DNA of 64,000 nt from an uncultured Gammaproteobacteria bacterium (GCA_964522405.1 CAZFTR010000001.1:116686-180685), one strand, 5' to 3'. Shown: positions 18,190 through 28,982, counted from the stretch's first letter. Notes: generated by a model not told the origin, from the letters alone. Made by a program: numbers and translations.

Positions 18190-19320
18190 ATGAAAATTGG
18201 AATAGATGCTCGCATGTTCGGACCAGAACAGGCCGGACTGGGGAGGTACATAGAACAATTGATTTTACATCTTGAACACATTGATAAAAGCAATCAGTAT
18301 ATTTTGTTTTTAAAAAAAGATAATTTTGAAAAATATATTCCCAAGAATCCAAATTTTGAAAAAGTACTTGCAGATATAAGTTGGTATTCATGGGCAGAGC
18401 AATTTAAATTCAAGAGAATAATAAAAAAACAAAAATTAGATTTGATGCATTTTCCACATTGGAATGTTCCAATTTTTTATCGAGATCCATTTGTGGTTAC
18501 TATCCATGATTTGATTATGTATCACTATCCGCGTCATGAGGCAAGTACACTTGGACCAATTAGTTATTGGTTCAAAGACAGAGCTTCACGAGTAGTTTTG
18601 AATCATGCCATAAAAAAATCAAGGAAGATTTTTGTGACCAGTGAATTTACCAAACATGACTTAAACAAAACACTGGGGGTGAATTTGAATAAAATGGTTA
18701 CACTTTATCAGGCCCCATTTTTCAAAGAGCAAAGAAAAAGAACAAAAGAAGATCAAAAAGAATTTTTTGAAAAATTGAAAATTGAAAAACCTTACTTGCT
18801 CTATGTTGGAAATGCTTATCCTCATAAAAATCTAGAGAGGTTGGTACAAGCTTGGAATCTTTTTACTCGACAACATGGATTACATTTTCAATTAGTATTG
18901 GCAGGAAAAAGAAATTTTTTTTATGATCGCCTGTTTGAAAGTGAAACAGTAAAATCAAGTAATGGAATTATTTTTACAGATTTTCTAGCAGATGATGATT
19001 TACAATTATTGTATGATCATGCTCAGGCTTTTATTTTTCCTAGTCTTTATGAGGGATTTGGACTTCCTCCAATAGAAGCTATGTACCATGGTCTGCCGGT
19101 TGCCTCTTCAAATCAAACTTCTTTGCCAGAAGTATTGGGACGCTCAGCAATTTATTTTGATCCAACTAATATCGAGTACATGGCAACAAGTATTTATAAG
19201 ATACTTACTGATCAGAATTTAAGGCTAAATCTACAGCAAAATTCAAAGTATGAACTTAGACGTTTTTCTTGGGGATCTCTCTCAAGTAGGGCAGTAAAAG
19301 TTTATCAATCAATAGTTTAA
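18190..19320 (+). CDS. GT4 glycosyltransferase
   Basis: MKIGIDAR, GNAYPHKN, PSLYEGFGLPPIEAM. Confidence 0.9.
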   Translation: MKIGIDARMFGPEQAGLGRYIEQLILHLEHIDKSNQYILFLKKDNFEKYIPKNPNFEKVLADISWYSWAEQFKFKRIIKKQKLDLMHFPHWNVPIFYRDPFVVTIHDLIMYHYPRHEASTLGPISYWFKDRASRVVLNHAIKKSRKIFVTSEFTKHDLNKTLGVNLNKMVTLYQAPFFKEQRKRTKEDQKEFFEKLKIEKPYLLYVGNAYPHKNLERLVQAWNLFTRQHGLHFQLVLAGKRNFFYDRLFESETVKSSNGIIFTDFLADDDLQLLYDHAQAFIFPSLYEGFGLPPIEAMYHGLPVASSNQTSLPEVLGRSAIYFDPTNIEYMATSIYKILTDQNLRLNLQQNSKYELRRFSWGSLSSRAVKVYQSIV

Positions 19321-19412
19321 TTTTTTTTCAAATATTTATAAACAGGTAGAGGGCTGCCTGTTTTTTAATAATAGCAATTTTATGCTATAATATAATAAAA
19401 TTTAAACTTATC

Positions 19413-21998
19413 ATGGCTAAAAATACCAAACAAAAAGGAGTCACAGCTCGAACCAGAAAAATTCAAAAGAGGGCAGCTTTGAGAAGGTGTTCTCTTTGTG
19501 CTCGTGTAGGTCATAATAAGAAGACTTGTCTAGAAAATGTAGTTTCTGCCACCAAAAAACCAATCAAAAAAACTAATAACCAATTTAGCAGAAAAAAAAT
19601 ATCTACTCCAAAAGAAAATATTCAAAAAAAATCAGCCAGCAAAGTTTCGCATATTTTTGTAAACGCTCATCAGAAAACTCAAGAGTCAAAACATATAATT
19701 GATTTGAGTAAGAACAAAAAAGATATTTGGTCTTCGATAAAAGCCTACAGTGAAGAGCCGGCCAAGAAAACTAAACGTCATACTTTAAATTTTGCTCAGC
19801 TTGTAAAAAGTGCAAATAGTCAAAAAACTAAAGTAGCAAAAAATTTACCAAAAACTGCTGAGAAAAGAATACATAGCAAACCATTGGCGCTAAATTCTTT
19901 TTTCAGAGTAAAAGAATTTTTATCAGATGCTTTTTTTTCAATTCAAAATTTTTTCACTATTCCTGCCAAGTATTTTGATTTCAAAAAATTTGCATACAGC
20001 ATGGTAGTTTTTTTATTTTTGGTTTCAATTCCATTTCCAGCTGCCGGAGTTTATCGACAAGTAAAGGATGATACAAATTATATTGTGCAGAGAAGTACAG
20101 ATGCTTTTTTGGCTTTACAGTCTTCAACAGTGGCAGCGCTCTCAACCAATATTGAACAAGCTCAATTTGATTTAAATGAAGCACTGAGTGCTTTTACAGA
20201 TGCGCAATCACTTATAGATCGAGAGTACAAAGCATTGACTTATGTTGCCAGTGCTTTGCCTGTTGTTGGAAAACGAGTTCAGAGTAGACAGCAGTTGCTA
20301 GTGGCAGGACATCATATAGCGCTTGGAAATACTTATCTGGTAAAAGGAATCGAAGAAGCAAGTGAAAAAGAAGATTTAAATAATACTGACAGAATTTCAA
20401 TTTTAAAAGTTCACTTGAGAAGCGCTTTGCCACAGTATCAAGAAGCATTACTTAATCTTGCCAATGTTGATCACAGTGCTTTGCCAGTTGAGTTTCAAGA
20501 ATCTTTTTCTGAATTTAAAATACTTTTTGCAACTTTTATAGATGATATCAATGATCTTTCTGAAGTTATGAGTGGGATAGAGAAAATTCTTGGCTCAGAT
20601 CAGTTTAAACGATACTTGGTTTTATTTCAAAATCATCATGAGCTTCGAGCTACTGGGGGATTTGTAGGAAGCTTTGCTATTGTTGATGTTCAGAAAGGAA
20701 GAATTTTAAACATAGAAATTCCAGGGGGTGGTAGTTATGATTTACAAGGATACTTGGATACTTATCTGGCTCCGCCGTTGCCACTTCAGATTGCCAATGG
20801 AAGATGGGAATTTCAGGACTCAAATTGGTTTGCTAGTTTTCCAGCATCAGCCGAGAAAGCTTCTTGGTTTTATGAGCATTCTAGTGGTCGGACTGTTGAT
20901 GGGGTAATTGCAATAAATGCTTCAGTTTTGGAGAGGTTGGTAAAAGTTATGGGCCCGGTTTACAATGAAAATTATGATTTACTTATTAATTCAGAAAATG
21001 CCTTGTCGCAAATACAAAGAGAGGTAGAGGTTGAATATGATCGAGAAATCAATCAACCGAAGGCTGTCCTTTCAGAACTTCTGGATCAGATGTTAGCTGG
21101 ATTAAAAGATATACAACCTGTTCGTTTGGTTGATTTGCTTTCACAGATGCATAGTGCTTTGACAGAAAAAGAAATTCAAATTTATATGACAGATGATTCT
21201 CTCCAAAGAGATCTTTCAGAATTTGGATGGACAGGAGAATTGCTAGAAGAAAATCAAAATCAGGATTATCTTATGGTGGTAAATACCAATATTGGCGGAG
21301 AAAAAACTGATGCCAAAATAGATCAAGCTATTGACCATCAATCTCATGTTCAGTCCGATGGATCAGTAATTAATACAGTTATTGTCAGGCGTGAGCATTC
21401 TGGTAATTCAGGAGAGCTTTTTTATGGAAAAGAAAATATAAATTACTTAAGAGTTTATGTTCCAGAAGGATCAGAGTTGATAGAGGCAGGAGGATTTAGT
21501 TATCCAGAAGAAGAATCTTTTATGGTGCCTGAACCATGGTATGAAGATGATCAGGATTTGGAAGAGATCGCTCAAACTGAGACTATTCACGTAGGAAGTG
21601 GTACCAGAATTACCAATGAGTTTAAGAAAACGGCTTTTGCAAATTGGATTGTAACCAATCCTGGAAAAACTACAGAAGTATATTTTGTTTACAGACTTCC
21701 TTTCAAAGTGTTGGATACAGAGATGGCTGAAAATAGTGATAGAAATATTATCGAAGATATAGCTATGCTGGCTGGAAACAAGCTTGAGAATAGTCAATTA
21801 TCGCATTATTCTCTACTTTCTCAGAAGCAATCAGGAACAAATGCAAAATTAAATTCAACAATTATTTATCCTGATGGTTGGAATCCGGTTTGGCGTACAA
21901 ATGATGATGTGCATGTTACCTTGAATGGCGCAACTTATAATACTGGTTTAAATACAGACAAGGTATACGGAGTAGTTATGAAAAAAATAGAAGAATAA
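19413..21998 (+). CDS. DUF4012-family membrane-anchored protein with N-terminal CCHC zinc knuckle
   Basis: YLVLFQNHHELRATGGFVGS, DSNWFASFP, VDGVIAIN, NYLRVYVP; one TM near aa 193-213; CSLCARVGHNKKTC at aa 26-39. Confidence 0.8.
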   Translation: MAKNTKQKGVTARTRKIQKRAALRRCSLCARVGHNKKTCLENVVSATKKPIKKTNNQFSRKKISTPKENIQKKSASKVSHIFVNAHQKTQESKHIIDLSKNKKDIWSSIKAYSEEPAKKTKRHTLNFAQLVKSANSQKTKVAKNLPKTAEKRIHSKPLALNSFFRVKEFLSDAFFSIQNFFTIPAKYFDFKKFAYSMVVFLFLVSIPFPAAGVYRQVKDDTNYIVQRSTDAFLALQSSTVAALSTNIEQAQFDLNEALSAFTDAQSLIDREYKALTYVASALPVVGKRVQSRQQLLVAGHHIALGNTYLVKGIEEASEKEDLNNTDRISILKVHLRSALPQYQEALLNLANVDHSALPVEFQESFSEFKILFATFIDDINDLSEVMSGIEKILGSDQFKRYLVLFQNHHELRATGGFVGSFAIVDVQKGRILNIEIPGGGSYDLQGYLDTYLAPPLPLQIANGRWEFQDSNWFASFPASAEKASWFYEHSSGRTVDGVIAINASVLERLVKVMGPVYNENYDLLINSENALSQIQREVEVEYDREINQPKAVLSELLDQMLAGLKDIQPVRLVDLLSQMHSALTEKEIQIYMTDDSLQRDLSEFGWTGELLEENQNQDYLMVVNTNIGGEKTDAKIDQAIDHQSHVQSDGSVINTVIVRREHSGNSGELFYGKENINYLRVYVPEGSELIEAGGFSYPEEESFMVPEPWYEDDQDLEEIAQTETIHVGSGTRITNEFKKTAFANWIVTNPGKTTEVYFVYRLPFKVLDTEMAENSDRNIIEDIAMLAGNKLENSQLSHYSLLSQKQSGTNAKLNSTIIYPDGWNPVWRTNDDVHVTLNGATYNTGLNTDKVYGVVMKKIEE

Positions 21999-22002
21999 TT
22001 TT

Positions 22003-24012
22003 ATGGAAGAAAAATCAGCCCCATCTGCTGACAAGCAGGAAGAAAAAAATATAATTGAAAGTGGTAAACATCATTTTGTAAAAAAAACAATTGAGAGCAG
22101 TGAAGATCCAGAATCATCTGCAGATTTTATTGAACAGGAAAATTTGCAAGAGCAGAGTCAAGAGGATTTAAAAGAAAAAGAAGAAATTATGGAAAAACCC
22201 GAAAAACAAAAAACTAGAAAAAAAACTAGAAAAGTAAAAAGAAAAAAAAGAAGTTTAGAAAAGCAGGTTGAGTCAGATCTAGCTGATATTTACAAGGATT
22301 CTGACGGAAATATGCCAGACATGAAAAAGATCAAAAAGGTTAAGCATAGCAGTTTAATCAAGGCTTTTTTTGTTTTAATTTTTTCTTGTATATTTTTGGC
22401 TAGTGTTGCTTGGTTAGGTTTTTTTGTTATGCAACCAGATACTGAATTTTCTCAGGAGGATGTTATAGTTTCAATTTCAGGGCCAGATCAAATCGGAATT
22501 GGTCAAGAAGTAAAATATCGAATTAGATATAGAAATGCCCAAAATGTATTGCTCAACAATGTCACTATCGAAGTTAGATATCCGCAATCTTTTGAATTTG
22601 CCACCAGTACTGTTCAGCCATCAGGTGAAAGTATGGATCGATGGGAGTTGGGTAATTTGCAAGCTGATGACAGTGGCTATATAGATGTAGAGGGATTTAT
22701 TGAGGCAGATATTGATAGTGATCATTCTTTTAGATTGTTTTTCAATTACACCCCACAAAATTTTAGTTCTCCATTTCAAAAAGTACACTCAACTGAAACT
22801 AAAATCTCTGAGTCGCCAGTGATCATGTCTGTCCAAGGTCCAGAAGAATCTATCTCTGGCTCAGTAGTAGAGTACAAAGTTGTGGTTGAGCTTGAAGATG
22901 AGGATTTTACAGGTCAGAAATTTTTGGTTATGGAGCCGGGACTTAATTTTTCTGTCAAAGAAAGTAATCTTGAGCCAATAGATCATGGTGCATATGAGTG
23001 GTTGCTCGCCTCAACTACAACTGAGACAGTGGTGATTCAAGGAGTTTTGCTTGGCGGAGAAACAGGTGGTCAAGAGTCGATCAAGTTTATGGTTCAAGCC
23101 CGTGACCAGGAAGGTGAATATTATACTTTGGCACAAGAAGAGAAAACTATAAAAATAGTAGAAAATGGAGTTTCAGCAAATTTAATTATAAATGGCGCAA
23201 TAGATAGTTTAACAGCTTTTCCCGGAGACATACTAAATGCCAGTATAGTGGTAGAAAATACCGGAAGCAAGACTCTCGAAGATCTTAATACTAAATTGGT
23301 TTTTGAAGCACCTTCATATAAAAAGAAAAGCATATTTGCCTGGAGTAGGATTGATGACTTGTTTGATGGAGACATTCGTGGTGAACAGCTAACTGACTCA
23401 ATTCGTTTGGGTGAGATTACATGGGCAAAAAAACATATAGAAGATTTTAAGAAATTTGAACCGGGTGACAAAGTAGTCATTGATTTAATTTTACCAGTTA
23501 AAACCAGTGATGATATTGATCTAAGCGCTTTTGAAGATTTTGCTGCTCAAGCTTATCTTGATTTGAAATTTGAACAAGATGGAGGAGTCGATACATTGAG
23601 CAGTAGTCATCTGAATATTGTTTTTAATTCAGATATGGATCTGGAAGTTAGAGATGAAATTGGCACAAGTAATGGAAAAGAAAAACATACTATTACTTGG
23701 CTTTTAACCAATAGTTTTCATGAGCTGAATAATGTTGTACTGGAAGCAGATTTATATGGTGATTTTAATTTTGATCCTGAAGATGTTTCAGTACCGGCTG
23801 GAGAGATTGAATACAATGAAACAGATCAGAAATTGCTTTGGAAAATAGAAACCATGCCAACTAATTTGGATGTGCTTGCTTTGCAGTTTGATTTAATTTT
23901 AAATAAGAAAAATCCATCTCAAACAAATTTAACTTCCAGAGTTCGTGGAACTGCAATTGATAGCAAAACTGGTGAAGAGGTCTTAGCAGTAGGGGATGAG
24001 GTGTTGTTTTAA
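22003..24012 (+). CDS. Single-TM protein with extracellular Ig-like/DUF11-type repeats
   Basis: Charged N-terminus, TM near aa 118-142, then YRIRYRN..LNNVTIEVRYPQSFEF..WELGNL beta-sandwich pattern. Confidence 0.65.
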   Translation: MEEKSAPSADKQEEKNIIESGKHHFVKKTIESSEDPESSADFIEQENLQEQSQEDLKEKEEIMEKPEKQKTRKKTRKVKRKKRSLEKQVESDLADIYKDSDGNMPDMKKIKKVKHSSLIKAFFVLIFSCIFLASVAWLGFFVMQPDTEFSQEDVIVSISGPDQIGIGQEVKYRIRYRNAQNVLLNNVTIEVRYPQSFEFATSTVQPSGESMDRWELGNLQADDSGYIDVEGFIEADIDSDHSFRLFFNYTPQNFSSPFQKVHSTETKISESPVIMSVQGPEESISGSVVEYKVVVELEDEDFTGQKFLVMEPGLNFSVKESNLEPIDHGAYEWLLASTTTETVVIQGVLLGGETGGQESIKFMVQARDQEGEYYTLAQEEKTIKIVENGVSANLIINGAIDSLTAFPGDILNASIVVENTGSKTLEDLNTKLVFEAPSYKKKSIFAWSRIDDLFDGDIRGEQLTDSIRLGEITWAKKHIEDFKKFEPGDKVVIDLILPVKTSDDIDLSAFEDFAAQAYLDLKFEQDGGVDTLSSSHLNIVFNSDMDLEVRDEIGTSNGKEKHTITWLLTNSFHELNNVVLEADLYGDFNFDPEDVSVPAGEIEYNETDQKLLWKIETMPTNLDVLALQFDLILNKKNPSQTNLTSRVRGTAIDSKTGEEVLAVGDEVLF

Positions 24013-24028
24013 GTGGAATTTATATAAA

Positions 24029-24056
24029 TAAAAAAACCGCTGTGAAGCGGTTTTTT
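24029..24056. terminator. Bidirectional terminator
   Basis: A-run-CCGCT-gtga-AGCGG-T-run between convergent genes. Confidence 0.8.
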
Positions 24057-24070
24057 GCTACTTTACTAAT

Positions 24071-25240
24071 TTACTCTTGTTCAATCAGTTGTAATTTATA
24101 TTGATCCAGTTCTATTTGGCTTAAATCTTTTCCAGTTACCTCCATGGTGTCACGAGCTGCTGTTATTTGTTCCCAACCCTGTTCTATGTGCATTAACCAT
24201 TCTTTGTAAGAGGTAAATTTTCTTTTTACATCTTCAAAATATTTTTTAAATGCCTTAATTTTTTGATCGTCTGTTCTTTTCTCACCTTCTGGCAGGTCAT
24301 GATCAAACAATATCTTATCTGTAGTTTGTGTGAATCTGCTTGGTTTATATTGATCAGAGGATTTGACAGCCTCCTCAAAGACGCTCATTGCCTTGCCTAT
24401 GAGTTCATATCTGGCGTTTCTTGCTCTCTGTTTTCTAAACAGTTTTGGCATTTTCATTTTTGCAGCTTGTTCTAAAATTGGAAATGCTTCATCAATTTTT
24501 TTAATCTTTTCTTTAACTATCTCGCGAGCTCTCTCTAATTCAGTATTGCGTCTTTTTGGATCCATCTTTGCTAAAGCCTCTAAATTAACTTCTGTATCTG
24601 GCATATCTGTATTAAGTCCAAATCCAGTGTAACCTATGTCCTGTCTTCTATCTTCGGATAATCCGAGCGCGTCATAAAGCTGTTTTTGCTTAGTATCAAA
24701 CTCGGCTGGTTTTTCTTTGTGGAGTTTTGCTCGTAATTCTGACCATAACTCATTTTTCACTTGCGCTTTCAAATTTTCAGAATCTGGGATCTCGTCAAAA
24801 GTGGAGTTTAATCTTTCTACATATAATTTTACTTCTCGAGCTGCTGAATCAGATGTAGAGTATCGTCCAGCTTTGAAATGTAAAATAAGTGAATCCAGTG
24901 ACATATTTGTACCACCTACTTTGTATTGGCTTCTCCACCATGCAGGTCCTAATTCTTTATGTGTTTCATCGTCTATGCCTTCAATGTTCACTGCGTATGC
25001 TGGGGATGTTCCAATCTCTTCTCCTTCTTGGATGTGTTTGTTCATAAATCTGTCAACATCTGCAGTTGAAAGTCGTCGCTCTCCTCCTTCTGATTCAGAT
25101 AGTACAGGTCTTACTTTTTTAGCTGTATCGCCTGAATGAAGATGAATACGATCAGTATACCCATCCTTAGTGTTCACATTTTCAAAAAAATCTCTAGCTT
25201 TTTTTTGTGCATCTGGATTGCCTCCGCGTCTTGGTTTCAT
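24071..25240 (-). CDS. Hypothetical charged helical protein
   Basis: 389-aa ORF with native codon bias, AT-rich leader and its own terminator; no motif recognised. Confidence 0.75.
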   Translation of the reverse strand: MKPRRGGNPDAQKKARDFFENVNTKDGYTDRIHLHSGDTAKKVRPVLSESEGGERRLSTADVDRFMNKHIQEGEEIGTSPAYAVNIEGIDDETHKELGPAWWRSQYKVGGTNMSLDSLILHFKAGRYSTSDSAAREVKLYVERLNSTFDEIPDSENLKAQVKNELWSELRAKLHKEKPAEFDTKQKQLYDALGLSEDRRQDIGYTGFGLNTDMPDTEVNLEALAKMDPKRRNTELERAREIVKEKIKKIDEAFPILEQAAKMKMPKLFRKQRARNARYELIGKAMSVFEEAVKSSDQYKPSRFTQTTDKILFDHDLPEGEKRTDDQKIKAFKKYFEDVKRKFTSYKEWLMHIEQGWEQITAARDTMEVTGKDLSQIELDQYKLQLIEQE

Positions 25241-25391
25241 ATTTAACTCTTAATAAAATTAATTTAAAAATTCTCTTATATGATTATTGTATCATATTTG
25301 TTCTTTTGGTAAATATTTTAATTCAAAAAGAGAGAGGTTTGTATGCAGCTTATTTTGCTTGCTGGTAGATAATTTCCATTAGTTTTTAGTG

Positions 25392-25463
25392 TGCCCCCGC
25401 CAGGAATCGAACCCAGATCAACGGTTCCGAAGACCGTTGTGTTATCCGTTACACCACAGGGGC
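25392..25463 (-). tRNA. tRNA-Arg(TCG)
   Basis: Anticodon arm ACGGT-CT TCG GA-ACCGT; GGTTCGATTCC. Confidence 0.93.
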
Positions 25464-25466
25464 ATA

Positions 25467-25551
25467 TAAACAATTAAACAACTAACAATTAACAACTAAC
25501 AAGTCAATTTAACGAGCATGTTAATTATTAATCAATTAGTTGTTAATTGTT
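25467..25551. repeat. Heptamer tandem repeats forming an inverted repeat
   Basis: AACAA(T/C)T repeated about 5 times, then the complementary AGTTGTT/AATTGTT. Confidence 0.6.
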
Positions 25552-25627
25552 TGGTGCGCCGTAAGGGATTCGAACCCCTGACCGTTTGGTTAAGAGCCAA
25601 CTGCTCTACCGACTGAGCTAACGGCGC
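25552..25627 (-). tRNA. tRNA-Lys(CTT)
   Basis: TTGG-CT CTT AA-CCAA anticodon arm; GGTTCGAATCC; encoded CCA. Confidence 0.95.
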
Positions 25628-25636
25628 TTTTCCGGA

Positions 25637-26401
25637 TTATCCCAAAGGATCTTCCGGTTTTCTTTCTAAAATTTCAACTTTTGGTCCTTTCCATTTTTTT
25701 ACTTCTATGGCGTTTTCTGCTGCTACGATCTGCGCTTCTTGCTTGCTTCCGCCAATTCCTTCAGCAATCTGTTCTCTGCCTAGGTAAATTCCCACTGTAA
25801 ATTCCTTGGCATGATCTGGTCCTTCTTCTTTTAGTACTTTGTAAGTAGGTGTTAGACCAACAATTTCCTGAGAAGCTTCTTGAAATCTAGACTTTGGATC
25901 CATCCACAGACCTAGCTCTAGTACTTCTCCCAATTTGCTAATAACCCATCTGGTAATAAATTGTTTGGCCAAATCCCAGCCTTTATCTACATATATTGAT
26001 CCGATTACAGCTTCAAGTGCATTGGCCAGTATATAATCACGCGCTTTGGTGTTTTCATCTTTTGACTCTCCATGACTTAGAAAAAGATAAGGTTCAAACC
26101 CGATCTCTCTTGCTACTGAAGCACACATTTTTGAATTTACCAGTGCTGCTCTCCAGTTGGTTAGTTCACCTTCTGGGTTTAAGTAGTTTTCAAAAAGATA
26201 TTCTGTAACTACAAGCTCAAGTACGGCATCGCCCAAAAATTCTAATCTCTCATTGTGAGCCAAAGGAAAATCACGATTTTCATTTAGAAATGAACGGTGT
26301 ACCAGCGCTTGTACAATATGATTTTTGTTGGTGAATTCTACACCAATGGCTTTTTCTAATTCTGCAAAGCCCTTTTGAGTATATTCAGGAATTGTTTCCA
26401 T
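25637..26401 (-). CDS. rnc: Ribonuclease III
   Basis: HNERLEFLGDAVL signature; dsRBD DPKSRFQE..GPDHAKEF; ATG at 26401 chosen as start. Confidence 0.97.
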   Translation of the reverse strand: METIPEYTQKGFAELEKAIGVEFTNKNHIVQALVHRSFLNENRDFPLAHNERLEFLGDAVLELVVTEYLFENYLNPEGELTNWRAALVNSKMCASVAREIGFEPYLFLSHGESKDENTKARDYILANALEAVIGSIYVDKGWDLAKQFITRWVISKLGEVLELGLWMDPKSRFQEASQEIVGLTPTYKVLKEEGPDHAKEFTVGIYLGREQIAEGIGGSKQEAQIVAAENAIEVKKWKGPKVEILERKPEDPLG

Positions 26402-26496
26402 ATTTGCTGTGTTTAGCACACAGTTTGTAGTAACCAAATATGGTAGGTAAGTTCTACTATTTAGATACTAGAAACTGAGCGAGTTTACTAATTAAA

Positions 26497-26961
26497 TTAA
26501 TCCTTTTTTTCCTCTGAAAGAGGTTGTTCTGTGGATGTTGATTGTTTAAATAATTGATTATACATTGCCCCTAGAATTCCATTTATGAATTTCCCGGATG
26601 ATGGTCCACCATAAGTTTTGGCCAATTCAATCGCTTCGTTTATGGCAACTTTGGGAGGAATATCTTCATTATATTTCATTTCATAAATGCCTAGTCGCAG
26701 AATATTTCTATCAACCAAAGTCATTTGTTCAAGAGGCCAATTGGAAGCATATTTTTCTATCAATTTGTCTATTTCTTTTTGTTTATCAATGATTCCGCTT
26801 ACGCTGTTTTCAATAAAATCCTTGGTTTCTTCAATTCCAGAACCAAATTCCTCTATGTTTTGCTCAATAATTGCAGGCAAAGCAGCCGTCGGTCCTCCGC
26901 GGAAGTCCCATTGATAGAGAGATTGCATTATTATTTCTCTTGCCAAGTGACGCTTTGCCAT
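26497..26961 (-). CDS. nusB: Transcription antitermination factor NusB
   Basis: [40 protein letters not shown]. Confidence 0.96.
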   Translation of the reverse strand: MAKRHLAREIIMQSLYQWDFRGGPTAALPAIIEQNIEEFGSGIEETKDFIENSVSGIIDKQKEIDKLIEKYASNWPLEQMTLVDRNILRLGIYEMKYNEDIPPKVAINEAIELAKTYGGPSSGKFINGILGAMYNQLFKQSTSTEQPLSEEKKD

Positions 26962-26970
26962 ACAAATATA

Positions 26971-27186
26971 TTAAGCTGCTTTTTTGTTGCGAAGAGTTCG
27001 CGCAGCGCGTTTTTGAGTATTTACTGCCTTTTTGCCTTTGTAAGATCCGCATTTTGGACATGCTCGATGAGCAAGAAGTTTTGTGCCACATTCTTTGCAA
27101 CTAACCAATGCGATTTTCTTAAGTGCAAAATGAGACGCACGCTGTTTTTTGGAAGTGCTAGTCCTCTTTTGTGAAGGTAATCCCAT
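26971..27186 (-). CDS. rpmF: 50S ribosomal protein L32
   Basis: MGLPSQKRTS..RASH, CKECG..HRACPKCGSY. Confidence 0.93.
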   Translation of the reverse strand: MGLPSQKRTSTSKKQRASHFALKKIALVSCKECGTKLLAHRACPKCGSYKGKKAVNTQKRAARTLRNKKAA

Positions 27187-27347
27187 ATACAAATAATTCT
27201 TATATAACGGAAATATTATAGCTTATTTGTTAAAAAAAATCAATAGTCTGGGCAAACTAGCTTTTTTTGACTTATTTTAGCAAATTATATAAAATATATA
27301 ACTAAAATTAGTTTGATAATTTAGTAGGTTTTAGCTATAATCTCTCT

Positions 27348-28349
27348 ATGAGAATAACTGAAATTAATTCTAGAAATGAGTGGGAAAAAGCAGTAAGTCA
27401 GTCAGAGATGATTGAATTTTTGCAATCCTGGAATTGGGGTGAGTTTCAAAAAACAGCAGGAAATCGTCCAATACGCTTGAGTTTTGTTGATCAGCAGAAA
27501 CAAATCCGCTGCCTTCAATGTTTTGAACATAGAATTGGATCTAATTTTAAATATCTTTATTTGCCAAGAATTGTTGCTAATGCAGAAATTATAGAATCTT
27601 TGAAAAGTTGGGCAGCTGAAAAAAACTTTGTCTTTTTAAGAGTTGAACCTGCCAGAGAATTTAGTATAGATAAATTTAATCTAAAAAATGTTATAATAAA
27701 AAATAGACAACCAAGACATACTAGTATTTTAAATTTAGAAAAAACAGAAGATGATTTGCTTTCAGCAATGCATAGCAAGACCAGATATAATATTCGTTTG
27801 TCAGGCAGAAAAGGGGTTGATATAAAAGACCGAAAAGATCTGGGTATTTTTTGGAGATTAAATCAGCAAACCACGCAGAGAGATAAGTTTCGCAGTCACC
27901 AGAAATCTTATTATGAGAAGATGCTTGCGTCAGATATGTGTTATCAGCTTACTGCCTGGTATGATCACTTGCCAATTGCTTCAAATCTTTATTTATCTCA
28001 TGACAGGAGAACAACTTACCTGCACGGCACTTCGTCAAATCAGCATCGATCAGTTATGGCGCCGTATTTATTGCAATGGCAGGCCATAAAAAAAGCCAAG
28101 CAAGATGGACATAGGGAATATGATTTTTGGGGGGTAGCAGAGCCGGCAGAGCGAATAGAACATCCTGATTTAGAAAGTTTTCACAAGAACACTTGGAAAA
28201 AATCAGATCCTTGGAGTGGAGTGACCAGGTTCAAGGCTGGATTTGACGGTCAGGTTGCGGCTTATCCAGATGCTTTTGATGTTCCTGTTAAATCATCTTT
28301 TTATAAAATGTATAGGTTTCTAAGGAAGGTTTTGAGAAAAGGAGAATAA
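27348..28349 (+). CDS. FemABX-family peptidoglycan bridge peptidyltransferase
   Basis: FLQSWNWGEF, KTRYNIR, PYLLQW, YDFWG, GVTRFKAGF. Confidence 0.9.
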   Translation: MRITEINSRNEWEKAVSQSEMIEFLQSWNWGEFQKTAGNRPIRLSFVDQQKQIRCLQCFEHRIGSNFKYLYLPRIVANAEIIESLKSWAAEKNFVFLRVEPAREFSIDKFNLKNVIIKNRQPRHTSILNLEKTEDDLLSAMHSKTRYNIRLSGRKGVDIKDRKDLGIFWRLNQQTTQRDKFRSHQKSYYEKMLASDMCYQLTAWYDHLPIASNLYLSHDRRTTYLHGTSSNQHRSVMAPYLLQWQAIKKAKQDGHREYDFWGVAEPAERIEHPDLESFHKNTWKKSDPWSGVTRFKAGFDGQVAAYPDAFDVPVKSSFYKMYRFLRKVLRKGE

Positions 28350-28379
28350 TATAATTTTATTGGCTGTCAGTTATTAATT

Positions 28380-28982
28380 ATGAAAATTATAAAAGAGGAA
28401 AATTTAAATTTAGATGAAATTGTTGAGGAGTTGCGACAGGGTGCTGTTATTGTTTACCCGACAGAAACTTGTTATGGTTTGGGTTGTGATGCTAGCAATC
28501 AGGCTGCGGTTGATAAAATTTTTGCTATCAAAAAAAGACAAAAAGACAAGGCATTGCTGGTAATTGCTGATGATCCTTCCACCATGATCAATTATGTAGA
28601 ATGGAACGAGCAGTTAGAACAAATTTCAGAAAAATATTGGCCAGGTCCACTAACAGTTGTAGTTGAAACTCGACCAAATTGTGGATTGGCAACTGGTGTT
28701 GAGGCTGAAGACAAGACTGTGGCTTTTAGAATAACAGATCATCCTCTGGCTTCCACACTTAGCAAGGTACTTGGAAAGCCAATTGTATCGACTTCAGCAA
28801 ATATTGCAGCAGCAGAAAGTCCATATGATATAGAATCTGTTAGAAAAATGTTTGAAGGAATGGACCAGCAACCAGATGTAGTCATTGATTCAGGTATCTT
28901 ACCTCATAAAATACCATCAACAATTATCAAATTAAACAATGGAAATTTTGAAGTGATTAGACAGGGCGAGGTGGTAGTTTAA
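28380..28982 (+). CDS. tsaC: L-threonylcarbamoyladenylate synthase (YrdC/Sua5)
   Basis: YPTETCYGLG, WPGPLT, STSAN, IRQG. Confidence 0.93.
   Translation: MKIIKEENLNLDEIVEELRQGAVIVYPTETCYGLGCDASNQAAVDKIFAIKKRQKDKALLVIADDPSTMINYVEWNEQLEQISEKYWPGPLTVVVETRPNCGLATGVEAEDKTVAFRITDHPLASTLSKVLGKPIVSTSANIAAAESPYDIESVRKMFEGMDQQPDVVIDSGILPHKIPSTIIKLNNGNFEVIRQGEVVV

Noticed and set aside
25467-25551. CRISPR array
   Set aside because: The repeats are 7-nt degenerate units without unique spacers, and there are no cas genes in the window.
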